This document shows, in pieces, positions 21,221-28,689 of a stretch of 64,000 nucleotides of DNA (position 1 is the first letter of the stretch; every line of letters starts with the position of its first letter). The stretch is from the NCBI GenBank assembly GCA_937864185.1, contig CALMIS010000275.1:13125-77124 (forward strand). Direction: 5' to 3'. The stretch is from an uncultured Chloroflexota bacterium. Lineage in GTDB: Bacteria; Chloroflexota; Anaerolineae; 4572-78; J111. A program made the translations under genes and the position numbers. The notes under the pieces were generated by a model. It saw nothing but the letters and a program-made list of their open reading frames with translations, was not told the origin of the DNA and ran no database searches.

Positions 21221-21877
21221 TTACGCCACCGCCCTAAAGCCCAGCGCCTCCAACTGTTGAGGCCGGTCGGCCAGGGCCAGCTTGGCCACGGTCCTGAACT
21301 CGGCTAGCCACTCGTCCAGCTCGTCAAGGACAGCGTTCCGGTCCGCGGTGGCTTGCTGCGCTTCGTATTTTCCTCGGGCCTGGGCGCTGTGGAGATCGGC
21401 CACCTGCTGCACCAGCCTCTGGCCTTCATAGAGTTTCTCGGGGGTGAGGTTGAAGCGAGCCAGCGCCGCGACAAGCTCAGGATCGTTCGGCGCGTTGTCG
21501 TAAAAGACGGTAGCCTGCCCTAACCAGCCGGATAGGCTGGTTTTTTTGCGCTCGTTCAGGGCCAGCGCTTCGTCTTTTTGGGGCATTCGTTTGATGGCCA
21601 GCCGGGCCAGGGCCCGGTGGGCGGTGTAGACCTTGTCCGCGGCGGCAAAGGCCTGGTGCAACGCCTCGGTCGCCTGGTATTGATCGCTGTACTTGCTTTG
21701 CTGTCTGGCCAACAGCTGTTTGGCTTGGGCTAATAGCCTTTCCCCCGCTTCCAGTCGCGCTTTATCGTAGCCATACCGGGCCACCGCCTCGGCAATCTCC
21801 GGCGATTGTTGGGCATTGTCCAACGCCACGCGCCCCACCAACAAAAAATCATCAATTTTACGACGTAGTTCTGACAT
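21221..21877 (-). CDS. all-helical hypothetical protein with an internal two-fold duplication
   Basis: 218 aa. Residues about 22-105 and 128-215 align (SPEIAEAVARYGYDKARLEAGERLL vs DPELVAALARFNLTPEKLYEGQRLV; ...KY..Q.QAT... in both). AGGAGA SD upstream. It lies 35 nt downstream of the repeat ORF. Confidence 0.6.
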   Translation of the reverse strand: MSELRRKIDDFLLVGRVALDNAQQSPEIAEAVARYGYDKARLEAGERLLAQAKQLLARQQSKYSDQYQATEALHQAFAAADKVYTAHRALARLAIKRMPQKDEALALNERKKTSLSGWLGQATVFYDNAPNDPELVAALARFNLTPEKLYEGQRLVQQVADLHSAQARGKYEAQQATADRNAVLDELDEWLAEFRTVAKLALADRPQQLEALGFRAVA

Positions 21878-21912
21878 GGAATTTCTCCTGGGTTGAGATA
21901 CGAGTAAGTTGT

Positions 21913-22248
21913 TTAAGTCGGTTTAAGTATAACATAGGGCGGCGATATGTTCACGCGGTCAGGCCTCATTTTTAGCCGGTCACCAACCATTTTCAGGTAG
22001 TCAGGAACCGTTTTCAGCCGGTAAGGACCCGTTTTCAGACGGTTAGGGACTGTCTTCAGATGGACAGGCACGATTTTTAGCCGATCATCAGCAATTTTCA
22101 GACAGTCATAGGTTATTTTTAGGGGATCAAGCGTGGCTGTCAGGCAGTTAGGAGTGGTTTTCAGCCGGTTAGATACGGGGTTCAGAGTGTCAGGAGTCAT
22201 TTTCAGGGGGTCAGGCACGGTTTTCAGGCGGTCGGGAATGGTTTTCAC
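21913..22248 (-). CDS. heptapeptide-repeat protein (14 x K-T-V-P-D-R-L-like units), existence uncertain
   Basis: It is the only open frame across the 21-bp repeat array. Units differ by synonymous changes (Thr ACC/ACG/ACA, Arg CGC/CGG/CGT, Leu CTG/CTA) while Lys, Pro, Asp and Leu positions are kept. GTG start with no clear SD. Confidence 0.4.
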   Translation of the reverse strand: MKTIPDRLKTVPDPLKMTPDTLNPVSNRLKTTPNCLTATLDPLKITYDCLKIADDRLKIVPVHLKTVPNRLKTGPYRLKTVPDYLKMVGDRLKMRPDRVNISPPYVILKPT

Positions 22249-22250
22249 AC
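21955..22250. repeat. tandem array of 14 degenerate 21-bp units
   Basis: The + strand TTTTCAG (or a variant) recurs with an exact 21-nt period at 21969, 21990, 22011, 22032, 22053, 22074, 22095, 22116, 22137, 22158, 22179, 22200, 22221 and 22242. Confidence 0.9.
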
Positions 22251-22408
22251 AGACGACGCCGTTTTGCCTAAAAACCTGGGTCGCTACACCGCTCTAATGG
22301 GGCTGGTTTCCCCACCGTTAATCTTCTACAAACCCTTTATCTTTACAATAAGGATCATAAGTAGGATGGCGAGCAGAGCGATCTCTGCTCGCGTAAGGAG
22401 TTTGTTTT

Positions 22409-23152
22409 ATGAGTGACGCTCAAACTACGGCTGAGGATCAACTCGATCAGGCCGGTGGTGGCCCGGCGGTTTCTGCCGCCGAAGAGCGGTCAGCCTCCCC
22501 CGTGGCGACTGATTTTGACTGGGGCGTCTATGCCGATGCTACCATGGCCGGTCTGGCCGTGTTGGTGCCGATTCCGATTTTGGACTGGCTTTTAGAGGAG
22601 ATTTTCCGGCGGCGCATGCCGCAAGCCATTGCTCGCCAGCGGGGTCAAAGACTGAGCTCGGCGGTGGCGGCGGAACTCAACAAGTCGAACCGCCGGTGGT
22701 GGCTGACCTGCCTGCTGCTGCCGGTGGTGGGCTTGTTCTGGTTAATCAAGCGGATTTCGAAGAAGATCCTCTACTTTTTGACGGTTAAAGAGGCCACGGA
22801 TCAGGTCAGCCTGTACTGGCATCAAGCCTTTCTGATGGACTATATGCTGCAACAAGGGCATCTTGAGGATGAACAATCGGCCGCAGCCGCCCGCCAGGCG
22901 ATGTGGCGGGTGATTAAGAACAGCCACCGCAGCCCGATCTGGCAACTGGCCCAGCAGATCGTGAGCAGCAGCCGGCACGTCGCGCGATCGCTTCTAAAGT
23001 TCCGGCGCGGTCACGAAGATGAGCTGGTGCAGGCTAATAAACAGCGGATGCGCAGCAGTTGGCAGAAGTTCCGCGGCTACTTCGAAACGCTGGTGCCGTT
23101 GTATGATCAGGCTTATCTGGCGGAAGTGGAGGCCAGGACGGCTACTCAATGA
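22409..23152 (+). CDS. hypothetical membrane protein
   Basis: 247 aa. Acidic/Ala-rich N-terminus and two hydrophobic helices (AGLAVLVPIPILDWLL; WWLTCLLLPVVGLFWLI). AAGGAG SD upstream. No family recognised. Confidence 0.55.
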   Translation: MSDAQTTAEDQLDQAGGGPAVSAAEERSASPVATDFDWGVYADATMAGLAVLVPIPILDWLLEEIFRRRMPQAIARQRGQRLSSAVAAELNKSNRRWWLTCLLLPVVGLFWLIKRISKKILYFLTVKEATDQVSLYWHQAFLMDYMLQQGHLEDEQSAAAARQAMWRVIKNSHRSPIWQLAQQIVSSSRHVARSLLKFRRGHEDELVQANKQRMRSSWQKFRGYFETLVPLYDQAYLAEVEARTATQ

Positions 23153-23393
23153 CCAAATCTTCGAGGTTTAAGCGGGCTGACCCGGCCGGCCGGTAGCGAG
23201 CCGCGGCAATCCGAGCCAAAAAGGGGCGATCGTGCTTGAGGCGATAGTTAAGCCAGTCGTCTTCATCGGCAAAACCTACCAAGACGCCCACCGGTTTGCC
23301 GTGCCGGATGATGACGATATTTTCTTGCTCGGCCAGACGAAGGTACTCGGACAGATCAAGCTCGATTTCTGAGATAGGTATTTTTTTCATCAT
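23142..23393 (-). CDS. Phd/YefM-family antitoxin, apparently without a partner toxin
   Basis: 83 aa. The N-terminus (IPISEIELDLSEYLRLAEQENIVIIRHGKPVGVLV) matches the Phd/YefM fold pattern. The downstream position is occupied by the convergent gene, with an 11-bp overlap. Confidence 0.65.
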   Translation of the reverse strand: MMKKIPISEIELDLSEYLRLAEQENIVIIRHGKPVGVLVGFADEDDWLNYRLKHDRPFLARIAAARYRPAGSARLNLEDLVIE

Positions 23394-23428
23394 GTCTCTC
23401 TGTCAAGGCCTCTCTCTGGGGTGGTTTG

Positions 23429-23471
23429 GCGGTCAATGATGGAGGGGGACTAGGCCTCCATCATTGACCGC
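23429..23471. repeat. perfect 17-bp inverted repeat (GCGGTCAATGATGGAGG / CCTCCATCATTGACCGC, 9-nt spacer)
   Basis: Read directly from the sequence. It lies 36-78 nt upstream of the Phd-like ATG and 139 nt downstream of the VWA gene stop. No U-tract on either strand. Confidence 0.9.
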
Positions 23472-23609
23472 ACCTCCGCAATTCCCACCTGTGTTCAGTA
23501 TAAAGAAATTAGCCGGTTTTCGGAAGCGTACAGATAGCTCGATTCTGGGGCGAAGAATTGCGGCAAAGTACGTGGTCCGCGGAGCTTTGCTTCGGGAGTT
23601 ACTACGGAC

Positions 23610-24824
23610 TTAAGAAAAGACACGCCGGAACCGCACCGGCTTGCGCTCGCCGAGTTGCTCTAACAAGTGGCCCAACTGTTCCAGACTGACCAGGTTATGG
23701 ACGGGCAGAAAATCATCGATGTAGGGTAAGGCGGCCTGAATGCCGCGGGTGAGGGGCTCGTAGCTGGCCGAACCGAGGAGGGGGTTGAGCCAGATTAGGC
23801 GCTGAGCATTGAGTTGGAGGCGCTCCATCTCGGTTTTGAGCCGGTCGATGTCGCCCCGGTCCCAACCGTCGCTAATGATCAGGACGATGGCGCCCTGAGT
23901 GAGAACGCGCCGGCTCCATCGGTAGTTGAAGGTCTTGAGCGCATCGCCGATGCGGGTGCCGCCGCCCCAATCCTGACACAAAGCCACAACCTGGTCGAGG
24001 GCCACGTCGATCTCTTTTTGGCGCAGTTGGCGCGTGATCCGGGTCAGCCGGGTGCTAAAGGCGAAAGCTTCCACCTTATCCAGGCCGTTGCTGATGGTGT
24101 AGATGAACTGCAAAAGCACTCGGGCGTACCGCTCCATCGAGCCACTGATATCGCAGATCACCACCAGGGGCCGGCGTTTGAATTTGCGCTCTCGCCAGGT
24201 CAGCTTGAGCGGGATGCCGCCGTGGCGCAGATTGCGGCGGAAGGTCCGGCGCAGATCCAGATAAGCGCCCTGACCGGCCGGCACCCGGCGGCGGGTGCGT
24301 CGCCGCTCTAGCTGCCACTCCATTTTTTTCATCAGTCGCTTGACCTCGGCCAGCTCGTCAGGCGTCAGGTCGGCAAAATCTTTATGGCGCAGGACCTCAC
24401 GGGCGCTGTAGGTGTAAACCGGCTCAAGCAGCGGCTCCGGCGACTCTGGGGCCGGCGGCTCGGTTTGGCTGCCGGCATTCGTCAGCTTTTCGACCTCGGT
24501 TTTCTGGTCATCGTTTTGATGTAAGCTGCCCAATTCCAGGACAAGAACTTCATTTTGTTGATGGGGGCGCCAAAACAAGTCAAAGGCGCGGTCGAACAGT
24601 GCTAAATGCTCGACTCTGTTGACCAAAATCGTGCGCAGCGTGTTTTTGAAGTCCTCGCGCCGGCGGAGATGAATATACTTAAGGGCCTCCACCACATCGA
24701 GCATTTGAGTCGGGGTCACCGGCAGCCCGCTCGAGCGCAGCATACGCCCAAATAGGACCAGGTTGCGCAGCAGGTGGCCGGACTGGTTTTGATCTATGCG
24801 GGCGGGGTCATTTGGATTTGTCAC
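23610..24824 (-). CDS. VWA domain protein (CoxE-like)
   Basis: 404 aa. MIDAS motif VVICDISGSM. Paired with the upstream MoxR/CoxD-like ATPase. GTG start without a clear SD. Confidence 0.8.
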   Translation of the reverse strand: MTNPNDPARIDQNQSGHLLRNLVLFGRMLRSSGLPVTPTQMLDVVEALKYIHLRRREDFKNTLRTILVNRVEHLALFDRAFDLFWRPHQQNEVLVLELGSLHQNDDQKTEVEKLTNAGSQTEPPAPESPEPLLEPVYTYSAREVLRHKDFADLTPDELAEVKRLMKKMEWQLERRRTRRRVPAGQGAYLDLRRTFRRNLRHGGIPLKLTWRERKFKRRPLVVICDISGSMERYARVLLQFIYTISNGLDKVEAFAFSTRLTRITRQLRQKEIDVALDQVVALCQDWGGGTRIGDALKTFNYRWSRRVLTQGAIVLIISDGWDRGDIDRLKTEMERLQLNAQRLIWLNPLLGSASYEPLTRGIQAALPYIDDFLPVHNLVSLEQLGHLLEQLGERKPVRFRRVFS

Positions 24825-24835
24825 TTGGTCTGCTC

Positions 24836-24938
24836 GGGGATAGCGGGGATAGCGGGGATGGAGAATTGGAGGATTGGAGGGATGGAGGGTTGTTTCTTGT
24901 TTCTTGTTAATTGCTTATTGTTAATTGTTAATTGTTCA
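24836..24938. repeat. compound microsatellite: GGGGATAGC x2.7, GGAGGNWT octamer x4, TTGTTNN heptamer x7
   Basis: 9-mers at 24836-24861, phased octamers at 24860-24891 and heptamers at 24890-24938. The array fills the whole intercistronic gap and runs into the MoxR stop codon. Confidence 0.9.
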
Positions 24939-25841
24939 TGGGTTAGATACATGGGCCAAAATTCGTTCGGTCACTTTACCCCGGACCTGCTGGATATCGT
25001 CCTGATACTTGAGCAAGACGCCGAGGGTATCCGTGATGATCTCGTCGCTCAAATCGGCTCGATCGAGGGCGACCAGAGCGGCAATCCAGTCCAGGGTTTC
25101 GGCCACGCCCGGCAGCTTGTAAAGATCTTCCCGGCGCAGCTCTTGCACAAAGGCCACCACCTCCCGGGCGAGCCGGTCGGGCACGTCCGGGACCTTGGCC
25201 AGCACAATCTGGTACTCCTTTTCAAAGGTCGGATAGTCGATCCAGTGATAAAGGCAGCGCCGTTTGAGCGCGTCGTGGACCTCGCGGGTCCGGTTGGAGG
25301 TCAAGATAACCACGGGTGGCTCTTGAGCCTTGATGGTGCCGATCTCGGGTATGGTAACTTGGAAGTCGGACAGGATTTCCAGCAAGAAGGCTTCAAACTC
25401 TTCATCGGCCCGGTCCAGCTCATCGATTAGCAGCACCGGCTCAATGCCGCCAGGCCGCTCGATCGCCTGGAGGAGGGGGCGTTTCAGGAGAAAGTCCGGG
25501 CCGAAGATTTTCTTGAGGGCGGCTTCCTCGCTGATAGTGCCGGCAGTTTCTAATAGCCGGATCTCCAGCATTTGGCGGGTGTAATTCCATTCGTAGACGG
25601 CGGTGTTGACGTCGAGCCCTTCGTAGCATTGCAACCGAATCAGAGGCCGGTTGAGGATGGCGCTGAGCACCTTAGCGATTTCCGTTTTACCTACGCCGGC
25701 CTCGCCTTCCAGGAAGAGGGGTTTGCCCAGCTTGAGCGCCAGAAAGATGGCGGTGGTCAGACTGCGGTCGGCCACGTAGTTTTGGGCCAGCAGGGCCTGG
25801 TGGAGTTGATCGATTTGGGTGAATTTTTGGTCAGCGCTCAA
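24936..25841 (-). CDS. MoxR/CoxD-like AAA+ ATPase
   Basis: Walker A GEAGVGKTEIAK and Walker B LLIDELDRA. 301 aa. Followed by the VWA partner. Confidence 0.85.
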   Translation of the reverse strand: MSADQKFTQIDQLHQALLAQNYVADRSLTTAIFLALKLGKPLFLEGEAGVGKTEIAKVLSAILNRPLIRLQCYEGLDVNTAVYEWNYTRQMLEIRLLETAGTISEEAALKKIFGPDFLLKRPLLQAIERPGGIEPVLLIDELDRADEEFEAFLLEILSDFQVTIPEIGTIKAQEPPVVILTSNRTREVHDALKRRCLYHWIDYPTFEKEYQIVLAKVPDVPDRLAREVVAFVQELRREDLYKLPGVAETLDWIAALVALDRADLSDEIITDTLGVLLKYQDDIQQVRGKVTERILAHVSNP

Positions 25842-25878
25842 GGTTGCCTCTCTACTGAGCCTGTATTTGAACGATGCC

Positions 25879-26847
25879 TTAGAGCGCGTCCTCGGGCCGG
25901 TGGTGGACGACCAGCTTTTCGACGAGGGTGACGAGCAGAAAGAAAGTCATGCCGGTCAACGAGGCAAAGAGAATGCCGGCCCACAGTCGCTGCGGCCCGG
26001 TGGCATAGTACTGGTTAAAGTTGAGGATGGCCCGGCCCAGACCATCGGCGATGCCGGAAGGCAGCTCGCCGATGATGGCGCCGACCACGCTGGCGGTAGC
26101 CGAAATTTTGAGGGCCGTGAAAATGTAAGGCAGGGCGGCCGGGACGCGCAGCTTCCAGAGCACATCCCAGGGCGTGGCCGCGTAGGATCGCATCAGCTCC
26201 AAGGCGGTCGGTTGCGGCGAGCGTAGGCCGCGCAGGGTATTGATTGTGACCGGAAAAAAGGTCAGGTATGCGGCAATGACCGCTACCGACAACCAGTTGC
26301 CGCCCAACCAGATGACGATCATCGGGGCAATGGCCAGCAGCGGCACCGTCTGCGAGGCGACGACGTAGGGAAGCAAGCCGCGTTCCAGCAGACTGGAGTG
26401 AGCAAAGGCGATACCTAACAGGAAGCCTAACATGCCGCCGATGACAAAGCCGGCAAAGGCTTCTCGCAGGGTAAAGAGCGAAGCCCGCAGCAGGATGGTC
26501 CCCAGTACTTCTTCCCCGCCGCGCCGGGGCGGCTCAAAGATGGTGCCGATAATCTCACGCAGCGGCGGCATCGAGCGATCATCGGCGCGAATGGGCAGTT
26601 TAACCTGGCATAAGCTCAGGCTGGCACACAACGCCCCCGCCGGGCGCGTCTCGCTGGCTTCGACGGGTACGGTGCCGATCAAGTATTGGCCACCAGGTGC
26701 GGCCAACAACTTGTAGCCCTCCCAGACCAGGGCCAGCAAGCCAACGACTAAAAAGAAATAGAGTGTTGATTTTAACCAACCTGGCAATGAAGTGACTCCC
26801 TTCTCGGAATTGGGCGACATTCTAGCATAGGTCTGGTCTCGTGGCAA
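25879..26847 (-). CDS. ABC transporter permease (NitT/TauT-like family)
   Basis: Six hydrophobic segments and an EAA-type loop (LELMRSYAATPWDVLWKLRVPAALP). The start is uncertain: TTG at 26847 or ATG at 26820. Confidence 0.7.
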   Translation of the reverse strand: MPRDQTYARMSPNSEKGVTSLPGWLKSTLYFFLVVGLLALVWEGYKLLAAPGGQYLIGTVPVEASETRPAGALCASLSLCQVKLPIRADDRSMPPLREIIGTIFEPPRRGGEEVLGTILLRASLFTLREAFAGFVIGGMLGFLLGIAFAHSSLLERGLLPYVVASQTVPLLAIAPMIVIWLGGNWLSVAVIAAYLTFFPVTINTLRGLRSPQPTALELMRSYAATPWDVLWKLRVPAALPYIFTALKISATASVVGAIIGELPSGIADGLGRAILNFNQYYATGPQRLWAGILFASLTGMTFFLLVTLVEKLVVHHRPEDAL

Positions 26848-26971
26848 TCAACCCGGGCGGGAAACCGTTTTATAAAATTGAATTTGCTCAAACGATTGAA
26901 TTTGGTAGCATTACTAAACCGGACCTCGTCTCCGTGGGGTCGTCGATGAGTTAAGATGGGGAGGAATGCGT

Positions 26972-28462
26972 ATGTCTCAGTCGGATGTCTCGCGAGATCC
27001 AGAAACGGCTTCCGGACCGGTGCGGTGGTTTGTCATTTTAGGGGTGCTTATCGTCCTGGGAGCGTTGGCCTATGTTTTTTGGCGGCAGTCACCGCTGCAG
27101 AGCGCCCCAGTAGGTCCGGAAGAGACAGCCCCGGCGGCTGAAGCGGTTGAAGACGCCCTCTATCAAGACAGCTTTGATGATCCGGCCAGCGGCTGGCCAG
27201 TGGATCAGGCTGAGTCGGGCCGGTACGGTTATCAGGAGCCTGGCTTCTATTACTTGCGGCTGACTGAGGCGCAGCGCATGATGGCCGTCTCACCGGATCA
27301 GGCCTTTACCGATTTTTCGGCTACGGCTAGGATGGTCGTTAATTACGTCAACACCGCCGCGGGTGATTTTCGGTACGGATTAGTCTTCCGGCGGATGGGT
27401 AACGATTATTACGCCTTCGCTATTTCGCCGCGCACTCAGCGTTGGGCGGCCTTAAAGCGTGCAGCCGGCAAACTCGAGACCCTGGACCAAGGCCAAATTC
27501 CCGGCACTCCAGGACTTTTTCAAACCTACCAACTGATGGTGACGGCACAGGGAGAGACCTTTACGCTAAATCTTGATGGCCAACCCCTGGCCCAGTTTAG
27601 GGACGCCGCTTACCCCAGCGGGGCGATTGGCTTCTATCTCGAAACGCTCGATGAAGAGTTGGCGCATTTGCTCGTTGACCGACTGATTGTCAACCCGGCG
27701 CCCAGTCAAATCGCTCAGTTGCCGTCCCCAACGTCCGATCCGGCGCTTTTGGTGGCGGAGGTGACCCCGGTTCCCACTGAACCCCCCGCCACTCAGACTC
27801 TGGTCACCCCTGCCTCTGCCACCCCCACGGTCACGCAGTCGGCGCCCACTTTGACAGCTACTTCGACTCTACCGGCGCCTAGCCCAACTTTTACGCCGGT
27901 GCCGCTCACCGCCACCGTCCCGCCCAGCCCGGTCCCGACCCATACGCCTGAGACGCTGCCCACCCCTGTCACTACGCCCGTCATAACGAGCCCGACTCCG
28001 GTTCAGATCCCAACGATAACGCCGACGTTGGCCTTGACCGTTACCGTCCAGCCTACGGATGAAACGCTGACGGTAAGCGGTCGAGCCGATGTTCCGGTAG
28101 GGACGCTGTCTGTGGTCGCTCCGGCGGATGTCAATGATCCGTCTTATGGCTTCACCGAATTTGAGTGGATTTGGACGGGCGACGCTTTGCCGCCGGAACT
28201 GGGCTTTGAAGTGCGGATCTGGCGCAGCGGTGAACAGATGGTGGGCGCCCACGATGCGGTCAATGACAACCGCAGTAATCTGATCCAGGACTTGGGCAAT
28301 AATCGCTACCGGCTGCGCATGGATATTAGCAATTCGGCCGGCGTGCGCGGTTACCGGGGAGAGTATTTTTGGACGGTCGCTATCGTCAAAATCGAACCGG
28401 AATACCAAGATTTAGGCCTCACCGCTCCCCCGGCGCGGTTTAGGTTTGAAACGCCGGGGTAG
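26972..28462 (+). CDS. membrane-anchored extracytoplasmic protein with Pro/Thr-rich linker, unknown function
   Basis: N-terminal TM helix (WFVILGVLIVLGALAYVFW), a roughly 200-aa beta-rich domain, a long PT-rich linker (PTEPPATQTLVTPASATPTV...) and a C-terminal domain. The ATG at 26972 is better spaced from the GGGGAGG SD than the ATG at 26966. Confidence 0.6.
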   Translation: MSQSDVSRDPETASGPVRWFVILGVLIVLGALAYVFWRQSPLQSAPVGPEETAPAAEAVEDALYQDSFDDPASGWPVDQAESGRYGYQEPGFYYLRLTEAQRMMAVSPDQAFTDFSATARMVVNYVNTAAGDFRYGLVFRRMGNDYYAFAISPRTQRWAALKRAAGKLETLDQGQIPGTPGLFQTYQLMVTAQGETFTLNLDGQPLAQFRDAAYPSGAIGFYLETLDEELAHLLVDRLIVNPAPSQIAQLPSPTSDPALLVAEVTPVPTEPPATQTLVTPASATPTVTQSAPTLTATSTLPAPSPTFTPVPLTATVPPSPVPTHTPETLPTPVTTPVITSPTPVQIPTITPTLALTVTVQPTDETLTVSGRADVPVGTLSVVAPADVNDPSYGFTEFEWIWTGDALPPELGFEVRIWRSGEQMVGAHDAVNDNRSNLIQDLGNNRYRLRMDISNSAGVRGYRGEYFWTVAIVKIEPEYQDLGLTAPPARFRFETPG

Positions 28463-28469
28463 AGGGAAG

Positions 28470-28642
28470 GGAAGGTTGGAAGGTTGGAAGAGTGGAAGGA
28501 TGGAGGATTGGAGGGATGGTTGGAAGAAAAGAGGAGTGCTAAAGCGAAGCTTTGGCGGTAGTGGAGAAAGGATGGAGGATTGGCGGAATGGAGAGATGGT
28601 TGGAAGAAAAGAGGAGTGCCGAAGCGAAGCTTTGGCGGTAGT
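28470..28642. repeat. GGARGNWT octamer array followed by two tandem ~80-nt units, each ending in a conserved hairpin
   Basis: Octamers at 28470-28520. The 48-nt blocks 28515-28562 and 28595-28642 are identical except for two positions. Hairpins GCTAAAGC-GAA-GCTTTGGC (28538-28556) and GCCGAAGC-GAA-GCTTTGGC (28618-28636). Confidence 0.85.
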
Positions 28643-28689
28643 TGACAAGGTTGGAGGACTGGAAAAGACGGCTGCTCGTTTAGATGAGC

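Noticed and set aside
21955-22250. Possible CRISPR array (regular short repeats). The duplicated ~80-nt units at 28496-28642 were also considered.
   Set aside because: The 21-bp units are directly contiguous with no spacers, and they are degenerate. The 80-nt units occur only twice. No cas genes are nearby.
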